A stretch of 64,000 nucleotides of DNA, from NCBI GenBank assembly GCA_003971905.1, contig RSEE01000025.1:186001-250000 (forward strand), written 5' to 3'. The stretch's first letter is position 1. Every line of letters starts with the position of its first letter. The notes under the pieces were generated by a model. The model was not told the DNA's origin. It made no database searches and saw only the letters and a program-made list of their open reading frames with translations. The stretch comes from Moniliella sp. 'wahieum'. Taxonomy: Eukaryota. Shown here piece by piece: positions 23,862 to 36,400 of the stretch. Both the position numbers and the translations under genes were made by a program.

Positions 23862-25779
23862 TTACGGAGGAGGCAGAATCGAGGGTGCGTACACGGCAAG
23901 CGTGCCACCCACATTGTCCTGGATAACTCCCGTGGTGGCATTGGCCGACCAGACTTGGGTGGAACGTTGGAATGTGTTGCCCGCAGCGTCGGCGTACGCG
24001 TATCGCTGAGATGCAGTTCCCTTTGAAGAAGCTAGTCGACCAATTGTAGAGAGGTTGAATTCACCCTGCGAGGACTGGACGGAATCCGTGCGAGCCCAAA
24101 GGGGAACGCCAAATTCCCCGGTGGGAAGGGCGAGGTGAGCGTGATAGCCGCGTTGGACCCATGCTTGGAACGGGGTGCCGTCTCCGCGACTGGACACGTT
24201 GAGGGCAAGTTCCACGCATACTCCAAAAACGGCCGGTCGCCATGGGCGGAGAAAGATCGACCGCGACTGTTGACAATGTTCATCTGAGCTAACTGGCCTG
24301 ATCCAACGACGGTGCAATTGGCAAAGGTGGTGGCGGATTGGTGCCATTTGATCCACTTGGGCTTCGCCTGTGAGCCCAAGTGCAGGATACTTTCGACTTT
24401 TAGCGTGCGTGGGACTCGGCTCTGGAGAATGGATAGAATAGACGAGTTGCCCGTCACGCGGGAAGTGGTAGTAGAGACGTGTGAGGGAGGATGTCGGCTT
24501 CGTAGGTTACCAGGGATCCCTTGGTGGGCTTTCCCGACGGGTCCAAGCGGACCTGGATGTTTCCACTCAGAAACCATGACGAGTCAATCGTCCCGTTCTT
24601 CTCCCCTGAACGACGGCGAGGGATACAGTGTGCTGCTGTCCATCCAACAGGATAGGGAGAAAGGGGGTCAGATCCAAGGTGTAGGTGGGCTGGTCAAAAC
24701 GCGCCAAAGGAGACCATCGGCCTCCACATTCCGGGTGCAATTCCTCCAGTAAAGATCACCGGATAAGGCTGGACAAATCCCGCCAGCCGATCGTCCACCC
24801 TGACTTGGATTTCTCGTACCGGACCGCGGGGATACAATTCCAGGTTCTGCGTCGTGGACTGGGATAGGGTGGGGTACACATCATCCGGGACCGAGGTGTA
24901 CCATTCTTCCTCTTGCGACGTTCCACTGGCGTAAACCTCTACTAGTGCCGAGCTCGTGTGCGGGGGCAACGTGATACTTGAATTGCCAGATGGTGGTTTC
25001 CCTCTCCACCGACGGAAAACATGGACTTGTCCGTAGTATAGTTGTAGGATAAGGGGAGGATCAGCTCAGCCGTACGCTGGGCCAGCGGATGGGACCCTCA
25101 TATCCTTCCTCTGTCCAGGGAACGTGAACAACAATGTCCAGTGTTACGTTGAGCGGGGCATTGTCCACCGCACTTAGATAGTTTTCGTAATCAAAGAGGA
25201 CGGTCCCTGCTGCGCCCAGAGAGCAAAGTACTTGCTCACATCCTTGCGTGCGTTCCACACGACCCCGGCAGGTGTAGGTTCCGAATTGTCGGTGCGCCAC
25301 AACTCCACCCCCCCGAACCAAACCGAACCAAGACGATCGTACTGTCGCCCGGACCTGTACAACGCAATAAAAGGAAAGATATGTGGTGAGTGCTTCAAGA
25401 CCTTCTCTAGGTTGTAATACCACACGTTCATGGGCCCAACGTACTCGTCCCGGTCATCTCCAGTTCCACTGCCCGCCAGTGACTGGGCGGTCCGCATGCT
25501 TCCACCAACGAGGGTGACCAGGACGTGGACTCTGCATGTCCTGTGTACTGGCCAAAGGAATGGTCGAAGAGCTGGTGCCGACATTGACGAAATAGTTTTT
25601 TGCCAGCATCGAGAGGGGGAGGGGCATGAGCTCAAACCCGCGCGAATCCTGCCGGGACCGTCAGGAGGGGTCTTGCGTGTATCGAGAACAACCTGCTCCG
25701 CGTGGGCAAGGACGGAAGCACATGGGGCCAGAAGCAGGACGAAGGCCAGCTTCTGGCTCAGGCGGACCAATGCGTGCAT
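23862..25779 (-). CDS. peptide-N4-(N-acetyl-beta-glucosaminyl)asparagine amidase A (PNGase A), likely secreted; frameshifted
   Basis: Hydrophobic N-terminus; GRQYDRLGSVWFGGVELWRTDNSEP..W..RKDVSKY; VEVYASG..EEEWY; GPVREIQV..D..LAG..PYPVIFTGGI.P..WRP..FGAF. Confidence 0.9.
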
Positions 25780-26479
25780 CCTTCTGCGTGGGGGGGGCAA
25801 GGTGGTGCCAGCGCCGTGAAGGGCAGTTGGCTTCAAGTTCAAGCTTCATGGACGAGCATACGCTTGGTCATACCCTTATCTAACCCTGCTGCTCTCAGTG
25901 CAACCCTACTACGCCGATCACGCTGATCGTGCTGATCGTGCTCAGGCTGAGCGCTGATCCTCCTTCAATTGTAAGATGTAAGCTTCAAGCTTGGCTTCAC
26001 GCTTCCCCTTCACCCAATATTGGATGGTCCCCGGCCCAAGCACAAAAGGGGGAGAGTAACCTACACTGCGATGGCACTCTATTCGTCCCTTGGCAGCGCA
26101 TCCATATGCTGCGGCGATGCTAAGAAATACACGATAGGTACCATTGTGAGGGACTAGGCTACTGAATTGAGGTCAACGGGGAGGCCAGTGGGGCCCTGAG
26201 ACCTGAGGTGGGCAAGCTATAGCAAACGACAAAATTCAAGGCGTACAAGGTGACCAAAGACCATTAGCAAGGCTTGGCACATGCACCAATACAGCAAAGC
26301 ACGGTCAAACAGGATGGACGGTACCCGAGCCAGAGCAGAGATAAGCAGGTTGGGTTTCACGTGAGGAGCAAAAGGGTGGAGAGCAAGGTTCAAGCCGAGT
26401 CGTGGGCCAGGACGTGCAGGAGACAAAAGAGTGTACGAGGCAAGCAAGCTGCCAGAGCGCTTGGAACGGGGCGATAGGA

Positions 26480-29400
26480 TGTAACTGCGAAAGAAGAAAG
26501 CATCCAACTTCAAGGTTTCACGAGGCAAGCGTGGAAGGGCGGGGAAGGACAAAGGCGTCCACGTCCTGTTGCGCTGGGGTGCAGGGATGGTTGGTGAGGT
26601 GGCCGAGCGGGGCGGAGGCGGGGGTGCCTTTTGCGGTACAGCGGGCAAAATTGAAGCCGGTCTTGGTGTTGTAGTCCCTCCACGCCATGGCGGCGAGGCA
26701 GTTTTACTATGAGCCACGGGCGAGGACACACTCGTCGCGCTACTTTCCCCCGAAATTCGGGTGCCATGCGACGCATGCGACTCGATGGGCGATTCCGCCG
26801 GAGTGCGAGCGAGCGGCAGAGTCAGAGCCCGATTCGGAGGCGGGTTCTGGGCGCGTCGGATGTGACAGGACATGGTGCGCCATAGAAATGGGGGCAAACG
26901 CATCAGTGGAAAGGGGTAGCGAGGTGCCAAAATTTCCAAATGCCGCAGAGGGTTGCGTCGGCCTTCCTGCTGACATGGACGATGACCACTCAGGCGAGCT
27001 GGGCAACGAGGGAGATGGGCCAGTGGACAAGGCCGATAGCTCGATCTCGTCCGAGGGGTTGGTATTGGTCCAACCCTCATCCTCATCCTCATCTTCTGCA
27101 TTGAGGGGGTGGCTCATTGCAGAGAGGGAGAGAGAATGGCCAGTTCCGAGGGGCGACGGTAGGTTCGGCCACGCGTACTAAGTCGTGAGCGGGAAGAATG
27201 GGTGCGGACCATGAACGCCGTCCTCCCCCAGGACCAGAAACGCGTCGCGACATATTGGTCGAATGCGAGCGAGCCGAGGGGGAGCGAGAGTGGACACGGC
27301 GGGGGACAGGTTTGATGGACGATAACGGTTCCTGGCTTTTCTCGGGCTGATCGGACTGCGGTGGACGAGCCCGCGCCCTAGGAATAGGAAGGATATGGGT
27401 GTTCAAGAGGGGCCGCCGACTTGACCGGTCCTTGGGACGAAGCTTGAGAAACTTGGCCAGTACAGAGGGCCGACGCTCCCTTGGCGGGGGCTTTGCTGTG
27501 ACTCTGGGTACGACGGCGCTGCAGAAGGTGAAAGAGCTCCAGCGGGGGGACGTTGACTGCACAGCCGACTTGGCCTCTTTCTTGGCCATTTTCGCATCGT
27601 GGGCACGGACCATACGATCGACCTTGTGGAGCTCTTTAAGCAGAGCTGCCTCCGTCTTGGCTTGCTCCTTTTTCGCCTTGGCCGCCTGCTTGGCTGCCGC
27701 CTTCGCAGCCCGTCGACTCACTTTGGTATTCACCTCCACTTTGGGGTGGGATTCGCCAAAATTACTGGGCTAGGCAGCGGAGATGCAGTGGGGGGAGGGC
27801 GCATGTCTCTGTATGAACGGGGGGACAAGCAAGCCGTGGCAGGTGTGGCAGGGGAGTTTGTCACCTCCGGAGCACAAATGCGAGCAGCGGGCAAAACCGA
27901 GGAAAGCAGAGAGGTACGAGCATCCTGTTGTTTGACCTTCTTATGCCTTCAGGTCCACTGGAGGTGTTGAAATAGGCATTGCCCCCACTAAGGGAGCAGA
28001 TCCAGTTCATGAAGGGTGTGAGGACCGTCCGGCTTCAGGGACGGTTGTAGATTCTGTGCTGCAGCATGGGGACTCTCATCATGTTCGGCCAATTCAGGAG
28101 GAGTATTGGTAGTGGGAGAAGCAGGCGCTGATCCGAGGCGGAGTCGGGCGCGACCCGAAGGAGCGGAGAAAATCCAAGGAAATCTGACCCAATGTCGGGT
28201 ACAGTGTAACTCAACGGCCTTGCTTTCTCGCACTTGTTCAACCAGGTCGCGGAACTAGGAGGTGGCCCGTGTGCGGGCTGGATGACCGGGGGGTTGGTAG
28301 GCCTGCCCGGGGCAACAGGAGATGGAGACTGAGAAACTTGCTTCGCACCATCCGCCTTAAGCCCTGGGACGGAGGTGAAGGCTAGAGGGGTGGGCATAAC
28401 GGGTTCCAGTTTAGGTTCCTGCGAGTCAGCCAGGCGGGGGCGAGGCGAGAGAGGCCAGCGACATGGTGGAGAAACTTAGTGCACCCAAGAAATCGGTCAT
28501 GGAGCCCTGTCCGGTCAAGTGAGCGAAGGCAAGCTGGGCAATGGCTCACCCCGAGCGAAGACGTCTGGGGGGTGATGGGGCTCAGGAAGCAGTGTACTTG
28601 TACCACTGCGCAGCCGGGCCCGGGGTAGGGGCGGGGAGGGTAGAGTGGCAGAAGAAACCGGATCCTTCTGGCCGGGAGGGGTGACGACGGAGAGCGTGCT
28701 GGAGGTGGATTGCAGTGTGGGTAGGGCCGTGCGCATAGCATGCGACGGTGGCGTGGCGGGGGCAGGTTTCCCATTTTGCTTCGGAAGCTGAAAAGCGAGG
28801 TCCAGTGTTACGGCGGCGGGGCGCACGACGGAAGCTTCCGAAGGGCGCATCGGTCGGAGGGACTGATCGGCTTGACAGGAGCGGTCGAGGGTTCAGTTGA
28901 ACGGATGGGGTCTGGCCTTCCAGCACTTTTGGAGGGGGTTGACATATGCCTCACCTCGATAGCAGGAAGGGGGTGAAACGGGCCCAGGTTGTTGATACAA
29001 TCCCTTCTCATCGTCTGCAAGGGCAGTATTACGGACTTGGACTCACTGCCCGAGTGCAAGGACTCCTGGGCCGGGGGAGGGGTGTGAGTAACTTGAAGGA
29101 AGTTCCTCCTTGGAACTGGAAGACTGCGTCAAAGTGGGTCCCAATGGCATCGCGCGGCTCGATGTGGGTTTGATGTGCATCTCCGGGAGTGGGGGAAGAA
29201 TGGCATCCGGCACGGTAGGTTGATGGATGGGGGGGATGATTGCGCTGGCTCTTTCCCACCAATCTGCAAAGATAACAATCCTCCCGCGTCCTGCGACCTG
29301 TCCAGGGAGGGATCTGTCGCATCTGGGCAGGATGGCGCCTTGCCGGGGGGAAGATGCCTATATAGGGAGGTTAGCGCCTGGTGCTAGGACACGGTTAGGA

Positions 29401-31160
29401 CTGTAGTCTTATACGTGACAAGATAACGTACCTGCTCTGAAGCAAATGGTCCAGTTGCATGCCAAATTCTTTTCGTTGTCGGGAGAGGGCACCACGGATG
29501 GGATCGGTCCCACCAGGTTCCACGTGGGAGAAGCGGTATCCTGCCTCAAGGCTGAAGGTGGGCGAGTCGGGCGGGGAGGAACAGGTGTTGCTTGCGGGGT
29601 AGCCCACCTTCGGTGAGGGAGCTAAAGGATGTCGAAGTGGACGCCGGATGCGCTTGCGGTTGTTCTTCCGTCGACTGGCAGTGTAGCGACGAACACTTGG
29701 TCTCCATTAGCGGCACATTCCTCGCAGTGGAAGTACCATATCAGGGTCAGGGTCGCAACAGGGACGACCTTATCTTCAATGTTAGATGTTAAGAGGGCCA
29801 AATCGACCACGAATTGCTTGGAGTGGGAGCTGGGTTGGTTCAGCATGATGGAAGGGTCGGATGGGGTCGAACGACGAGCCATGCTCCTCCATTGATGAAG
29901 GCGGCGAGGGGGGCGGGGGGGGGGGCGCACGGCGAGAGGGGACAAGGGCAAAAATTAGCCGAAGAGTCGTTCGCCTTGAGCTCTTCAGGATCCGCCCAAA
30001 GCGGGTTGGACTCAACGTGGGTAGGGGTGGTTTCTGCCCGCGTAGCGGGCTGAATAACACCACCAGCCTGGTCCCAAGAGGCCAATACAGTTGCAGTCGA
30101 GATGGCAGTCGGGGTAACGCTTTGAGAAAGGGCTTGCGGAACGAAGTCTTGGGGGCGAGGAGTGCGTTGACCTTCACTCTCGTTTTGTAGTTCTTCGAGG
30201 TCAATAGGGTGCTCTTCTGACGGGGTAGATCGCGCAACGGAGGCAACCCAATGGTCATCTGCTGGGGGAAAAGACTCCAAGCTTTGGCTGGGGGTGGAAT
30301 CCCAGTCGCCCTCAAATGAATTTAGATCGAATGCAGTCCCAGAGTATTGGTGATCTTGTTGCTCATGCTCATCATGCACAGCCCCCATGTGAGCCCCTGA
30401 GTCATGGGCGAGAGCGGCTAAGGCCGAAGCAGCGTCCATCTCGGGTTGGGTAGGGAATGGAGGCTCACATGCAAAATCGACGGACGAGATCTGGCTGAAA
30501 ACCATAGAGCGGCGTTTCTGGGGTGGAACAACGACCTCGACAATTGGGTCCCCCCCTTCCTCCGGATCGGGAGTGACATAGACGTCCGGAATGGAGAAGT
30601 GATGGCGATGAGCACGCTGCCGGCGAGTATTATCGAATGCTTCAGTCTGGGCTTTGTGTAAGACCAGGGAGGCCTCGGCGGCCAACTCGCACGGAAGACT
30701 GAGCTGAGTGACTCCCGGAACGACGGGTGCTCCAAGAACCCATTGGTCAGGGGCGGTCATTCCTTCGGGTAGAGGCCATCCAGCAGCCAGAGCATCAGCC
30801 AGTGCCTCGCCGTGCTCAGCGGGATAGGGTACTGGTCCCGTGGCGCCGTAGGCTTGAGGAGGGACGTATGGCCAAATCTGTTCTTGTGGATCTTCAGGTT
30901 GGTCATCGAAATCGTATTCGTATTCTTCCTCCCCATCCGAGTAATCGAACGCGTCTGGTTCGGATTCCCCAGTGAAGGCGTCGGGAGGGAGGGGGTAGAT
31001 GCCGCTATTGCTGCTGTCGGCGTCAACATCGTCAACGTCGGGTTGGTCATCGAAGCCGATATCAATTGCCCGTCTGATTGTAGGACAGAGGAGATGACTG
31101 AGCTGGTAAAGTGGGGTCACAGGAATCATCAGCGTCAACCGTCTCGACGCCAGTGTTCAT
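26480..31160 (-). CDS. large low-complexity/disordered hypothetical protein (one or possibly two genes; frameshifted; ends approximate)
   Basis: Chain of overlapping minus-strand ORFs (29840-31138 acidic; S/P-rich 28000-29900; 27089-27739 with K/A coiled-coil RRAAKAAAKQAAKAKKEQ; 26740-27117). No recognised domain. Confidence 0.5.
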
Positions 31161-32619
31161 GGCCACGTGGGGGGGCGCGCTGGCCAAGATGGCAGCGATG
31201 GCGGCGGCAGGAGCGCTGGGGGAAGGGGCATCCAGCCGCTGGCAGAAGTTGTGGTGCTGTGGAGGTGGTAGTTGTTCGGGGGGAATTGAGAGGATGGTGA
31301 TGGTAGTTGTGGTGGTGGTGATGGCAGTGGCGACTGCGGACGGGCTGTTTTTTCAGGTGGTCGGTTGAGTTGTACGCTCCGGCTGAGCGAGCGCTGAGCC
31401 AGGGTGTGCGAATGCGAAGGCAGCGGGTCGCACCAAGGGCTGTGGTAGCACAGGAGCAGTGTGCGCAGCGACGCACGGGGGTCCACGCCACAAGTGACGT
31501 ACACCGGCCCCTGCTAGCTTGCTAGGAGCCTCGTCATGCATCATGCATCAGTACTGGCTGGCGCAGGAGCACTGCCCTGTGCCGGCACATGCCGATCCAT
31601 TTGGCCGCAGGGCTGGCGCCTGGCAGTGCCCCCTGCTTGAAACAGAGGTGCTAGCAGCTGAGCCCGCTGAGCATCTTCCTCCGCCTGCCGAGCGTGGCCT
31701 CACCGCCTCAGGCCTCATCACCTCCCCTCGGCCTCGTGATATATCGTGTGATACCTCCTCAGGCCTGAAGATACTGAGACTCAGTACCAGAAGTCCTGCA
31801 TCGTTTATCGCCCTCGCTACATTATAGCTTTTCTAGGCAGCTTTCGGGAGGGACGCACAAGGTGGGACAGATAGCTTTTGCTTGTAGGCTGCTGCCGCAG
31901 CCCAGAAGCAGAAGGCCGTGTGCGCAAACAGTCAACGCTGTACACGCTGTTCTCTTGCGCATCCTGTCCCCCCCGCTCCCCCATTCGCTCTACCTGGACG
32001 TTAGGTCTTGCCGCCAAGGGAACTGTCACCGGCCACTGCTCTCTCGCACGTCGAAGAGTGCTCCGTTCCACGGTAGCAATGACCAACGGCACAAAAATGC
32101 CTCCTAGCCGAATCGAACGACTAATCTTCGCATTACGAGTGCGACGCCTTACCATTGAGCCAAAGAGGCGTTTTTGCCGTCGGGTCATCGCAATATACTG
32201 TAGCCATATCATGGACAGAACTTAAGGCTGGAACAAGGAAACGCTGCGCCCTAAACCGATCCGTTCGTCCTGCGTGTGCTGCTTGATAGCCCCAATCCCG
32301 CTGAGGAACCAGGGGAATCGCCAGGAGGTCAGGACCCCCGGTGCCGCCATCCGTTCCCATACCCGAAGAAGCGCGTGTGGACACAAATGAACGTAGTAGA
32401 CTTCCGAGCGGTGGCTGGTGACCGGTGAACGTTGAACGTACTGAACCATCTCCATTGGACTGAAGTCAATTCCTTCCAGTTCCCAAGCATCTTGCCCGCT
32501 GTCTTGGTGGCATAGTATCCTCGCGTCGTCAAAAACAAGGGGTAAAAAGGGCACTGCCCTATTTAATTTCCTGTTCCCAGAAAGAAAAGAATGGACCAAT
32601 GTGACATGTGAAGCGCGTG

Positions 32620-33470
32620 AAGCTGGAAGGATGGTCGATGGAAGGGGTGGCATGGTGACACAGTGACATGGACACGTGATGCTGCGTGTCATGCGTGCCT
32701 CAAGTCAACCTCGGAGGGCTTGAAGCTGGAAGTGAAGATTCAACGTTCAACTTCAACTTGAAGTTCAAGAGCTTGAGAGCCTCAGGCCCAGCTATCATGC
32801 ATGCTGGGCATGGCAGTGAGCGAGTGAGCTGTGTTGCATGTGATCGGGTGAGAATTGCGGTGTGCCTGGACAGCTGCTGGCTGAGGCACTGAGGCACTGA
32901 GCTGCACTATGCAATGCACAATGTGGAGCAGCAAGGGGCGAACTGCTCCCTGGGTGCGGCGCAGGGGGGGAAGGTTAGTGCTAAGCCTTAGCAAGGCTTA
33001 GGGCTAAGGCTTAGCGCTAAGGCTTAGCGCTTGCAGCTCCAGCTCTCTCTCGGAGAGATCTGAGATCGATGAGAGCTTGAGGAGCTTAAAGCTTGAAGCT
33101 TGAGCTTGAGGGGTCGTGCCGTGCCGTGGGCCTGGCGCGGCGCCCGGTAAATTTCACCAATCATTAATTTAATCAAGCTTCAAGCTAGTATGATGTGGTG
33201 ATGGCGCGATGACGCATTCATGTCACATGACCATGTCACGCGCTATGCATCATGCATCATGCACCATGCCCAATCTCGCACCTGTCAGGCACGGTGCCAC
33301 TGGTCGTGTCGGCGCTGGATCGACAGAGGGACTGAGGTACTGAGGTACTGAGGAGTGGCCGGTGACCTCACCCGTGCGCGTGCGGGAGGGAGGCGTGATA
33401 TCACCCATTCGCATGACTAGATGACCGATGATCGATGAGGTGCTGGACGGGTGACGGTCACGTGTGACGC
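32620..33470. repeat. cluster of TNA-palindrome arrays upstream of RhoGAP gene
   Basis: TCA ACGT TCA (~32740); alternating TTA GCGC TAA GGC units (32975-33030); TGA AGCT TGA (~33094); TCA TGCA TCA (~33250); TGA CCGA TGA TCGA TGA (~33422). Confidence 0.8.
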
Positions 33471-33482
33471 GTCCTATGCGCT

Positions 33483-36400
33483 ATGCGGCGCCGGCCCTCG
33501 CCTTCCGTCCAGCGCATCCAGCTCATCCAGCCCATCCCGTCCGCCCTGCCCATGGCTGCTGCCGCCATGCCCATCCCCGCCACCCCCGCCTCGCACGGCA
33601 TGGCGCTGGCCGACTCCGAAGAGCCCCTCATCTGCGGCGGCTGCCACCAGCCCATCGAGCCCCATGTTGCGGAGGACGGCTTCATCCACTTTAGCGGCGC
33701 CTACTGGCATCGCTCGTGCTTTGCCTGCGGCCGCTGCGGCACTGTCATCGAAACCAACGCCGAGACCGACGCCGCCCTCGAGCTCCGCTCCTCCGACGGT
33801 CGACCGCTCTGCACCGGCTGCACCTACACCTGCACCCTGCCGGCTGCCCATTCTCGAGGAGGCAGTCGTGGCGGTGAGGATGCCTACCACGCCACCTGCT
33901 TTTCCTGCCGCGCCTGCCACAAACAGATTGCCGACCTAGTGTTTGTCTCGACGTCCCAGGGCATCTATTGCATGCCCTGCCACACCTCCCGTCGCCAACG
34001 CAGCCATCGTCGCCGCCAACGCAAAGCGGCCGCCTCATCCTCCTCGGCGTCTGCCTCGGCCAGTGCGCCTGCATCCGCATCCGCATCCACATCCACATCT
34101 GCAACGACGCCCACCTTGCCCCGCGCTGCCGTCTCCCATGGATCGTCAGAGCTGCTTGCTCCCGATTCATCTCTTGCTCCAACCATCGTGCCCGCTCCTC
34201 CATATCCTCTTCCATCACGTCCGCCGCCCTGTTACCCCAACACGCTCTCTTTCCCCAGTGCCATCAGCCAACCCGCCCCCAGTGACGGGAATGACTGAAA
34301 CGCTGACAGTGACCGACGAAGAAAGGGCGCGCTTGTCTCCCATACCCGGTGGGATGCCCACACACCCGCTACTTCTCCAGCGCGCTCCTCACCCCTGGGT
34401 CCGGCCAGTTTTTCCCCGCCCTCGACCGAACCAATGGCGCTGATGAACACAATGGCCCAATCCACTTTGCGTTCTCGGCGACCCACCTCCCCAACCTCCG
34501 TTCCATTGCATTCACCAAGAATGATGACTGCTAGCCCCCTCCTCGATGTGATGAAGCCTCCCGAAGAGGAACGACAAACTGACCTTGCCTCTTCCCGGTG
34601 GGGGTGAAGGAACAAAAAAGCATGCAGCCTCCATTCATGTCATCAGGACAAATGGCGGATACCAATACCAAACGCGACACCCCCTCTCTTCTCTCGAGCC
34701 TGCCAACGTGTCCGTCCCCACACCAGCACAACTACCTACATCAATTCACATCTCGCCCATTTCGGCACCAGCGAGCCTGCCACCGGAACGGCCCCGCCGT
34801 AACTCTTCAAGACAAATCCTACCGAAAGAGCTTCCTTCAGCTGATGAGATACGCTCCGCTTCCTCTGCTCCTCCAGCAGAAGAGAGCACATCCCTTCCTG
34901 TGGTATCGGAGCCATCCGACGCTTTGCTCAACGCACCCCTTCCTAAGCTGAAGGGCGCCTCCGGACAACCAGGCACGCCAATGAGTGACAGTGACAAGTC
35001 CCGCTGGTCTGAGGAATCAGCAAGGGATGTGTCCTACTTACGCAGCTCAACGTCAGTCCCTCCGTCGGAGCAACAGAGCGCCTGAATGCCATGCCCCCGA
35101 CAAGGACGGTTCTTCGTTCCATGACAAGACGTTTGTCACGCTCATGAAACGCATTGGCGGGCCGGCGGATGAGGTCGGATTGGAGGAGCCTGGTCCTGAG
35201 GCACGATCGCATGGCAGCAAGATAGCGGCCAACATGGCCCTGGGCGATGTGTCTGCTCTGTGACCAGCTCCCGTCCGTCTCGCATCCTTCGTCCGATCCC
35301 GCCTCGCCCTCTGCGTTGGACCTGTTAGCAGAGCAAGTCCGCCAGCTAGTGATCCAGGCAGAGATGCAAGGCGCGTCTGATGCTACCGACCAGGGGGTCG
35401 TCCTGCCGACCAGGTGGCTGCTGAGGTGGTTGCTCACCTGGAGCGGAGCAAGTCGCAGCACGTGGAACATACAAGTTGCAATCCAAGTATAGTAAAATGC
35501 GTCGCGCCTCCCGTGTGGCCGCCGCAGGGCTTCTCCCTCGCCCGTACTGAGTTTGACGTGCGGTCAATGCACGCCACTTGGCGGAAGGGCGTCTCGCTGC
35601 GCTCCGATTCGATCCACAGTTCCGTCCGTCCCCCATCGACGATTCGGATGACCTAGCTCGTCAGTCGTTGCGCGTGATCGAGGCCGACCTGGCGGTTAAC
35701 AGCACAGCCGAACTGGAACAAACCGAGCTTGCCGAGCTTGTCAAGGCAAACAAGGCTGCGTTACGGACCAGTGTGACTCTGAACTCCCGCCCCGGCCCAA
35801 CAGTTGTCCCAGCAGGAAGATCCAATTTCGGTCGAGCCCAAAAAGGTGCACCCCCACCGCGACGCAAGCGAACAAGGGGTGTGGCGCCTCTGCATACAAT
35901 GTGCTGCTTGACAGGGATACTCAGGCAGTCACGTGTGCCGTTGGGGGGGAAGCGAGCCTCCCCTCACGGGTGTGGGAGCAATCGGCATGGCGTTGGTCCA
36001 ACCGACCAGTAGCTCTACGAGCCTGTGATTGACGAAGCCAAGGATGACGGGGTGAACGATTGACCGCTGCCGGTCGTTACCCGTTTCACCGGAACCAAGC
36101 AGGGGGGATCCCTCCTTGGGCCCGCAGGACGGGGAGGAACGGTCGGGACTTTCCCGGAGGCTAAAGTCGACACAGCGGCCAATGTGTGGGAGGACGGGAG
36201 CGAAGACCACAGTGCCCTCTTGATGGCTCGCCTTGCGGCCCGGCTGGACGAGGTGAAAGCCTCCCACCGAGACGCAATGGATGGCTTGGTGGCCGAGCGT
36301 GTCGCACTGGAGCAGAGTGTCTCGTCGCTGAAACCAAGCTGCCCTCCTTTCTCATGATGTGGAGCAACTAGTCACGTTAAAGGACAGTCTGCAAAATGAG

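Noticed and set aside
31817..32692. Minus-strand ORFs of 131 and 156 aa between divergent genes
   Set aside because: No identifiable homology; the 5' part overlaps lattice repeats.
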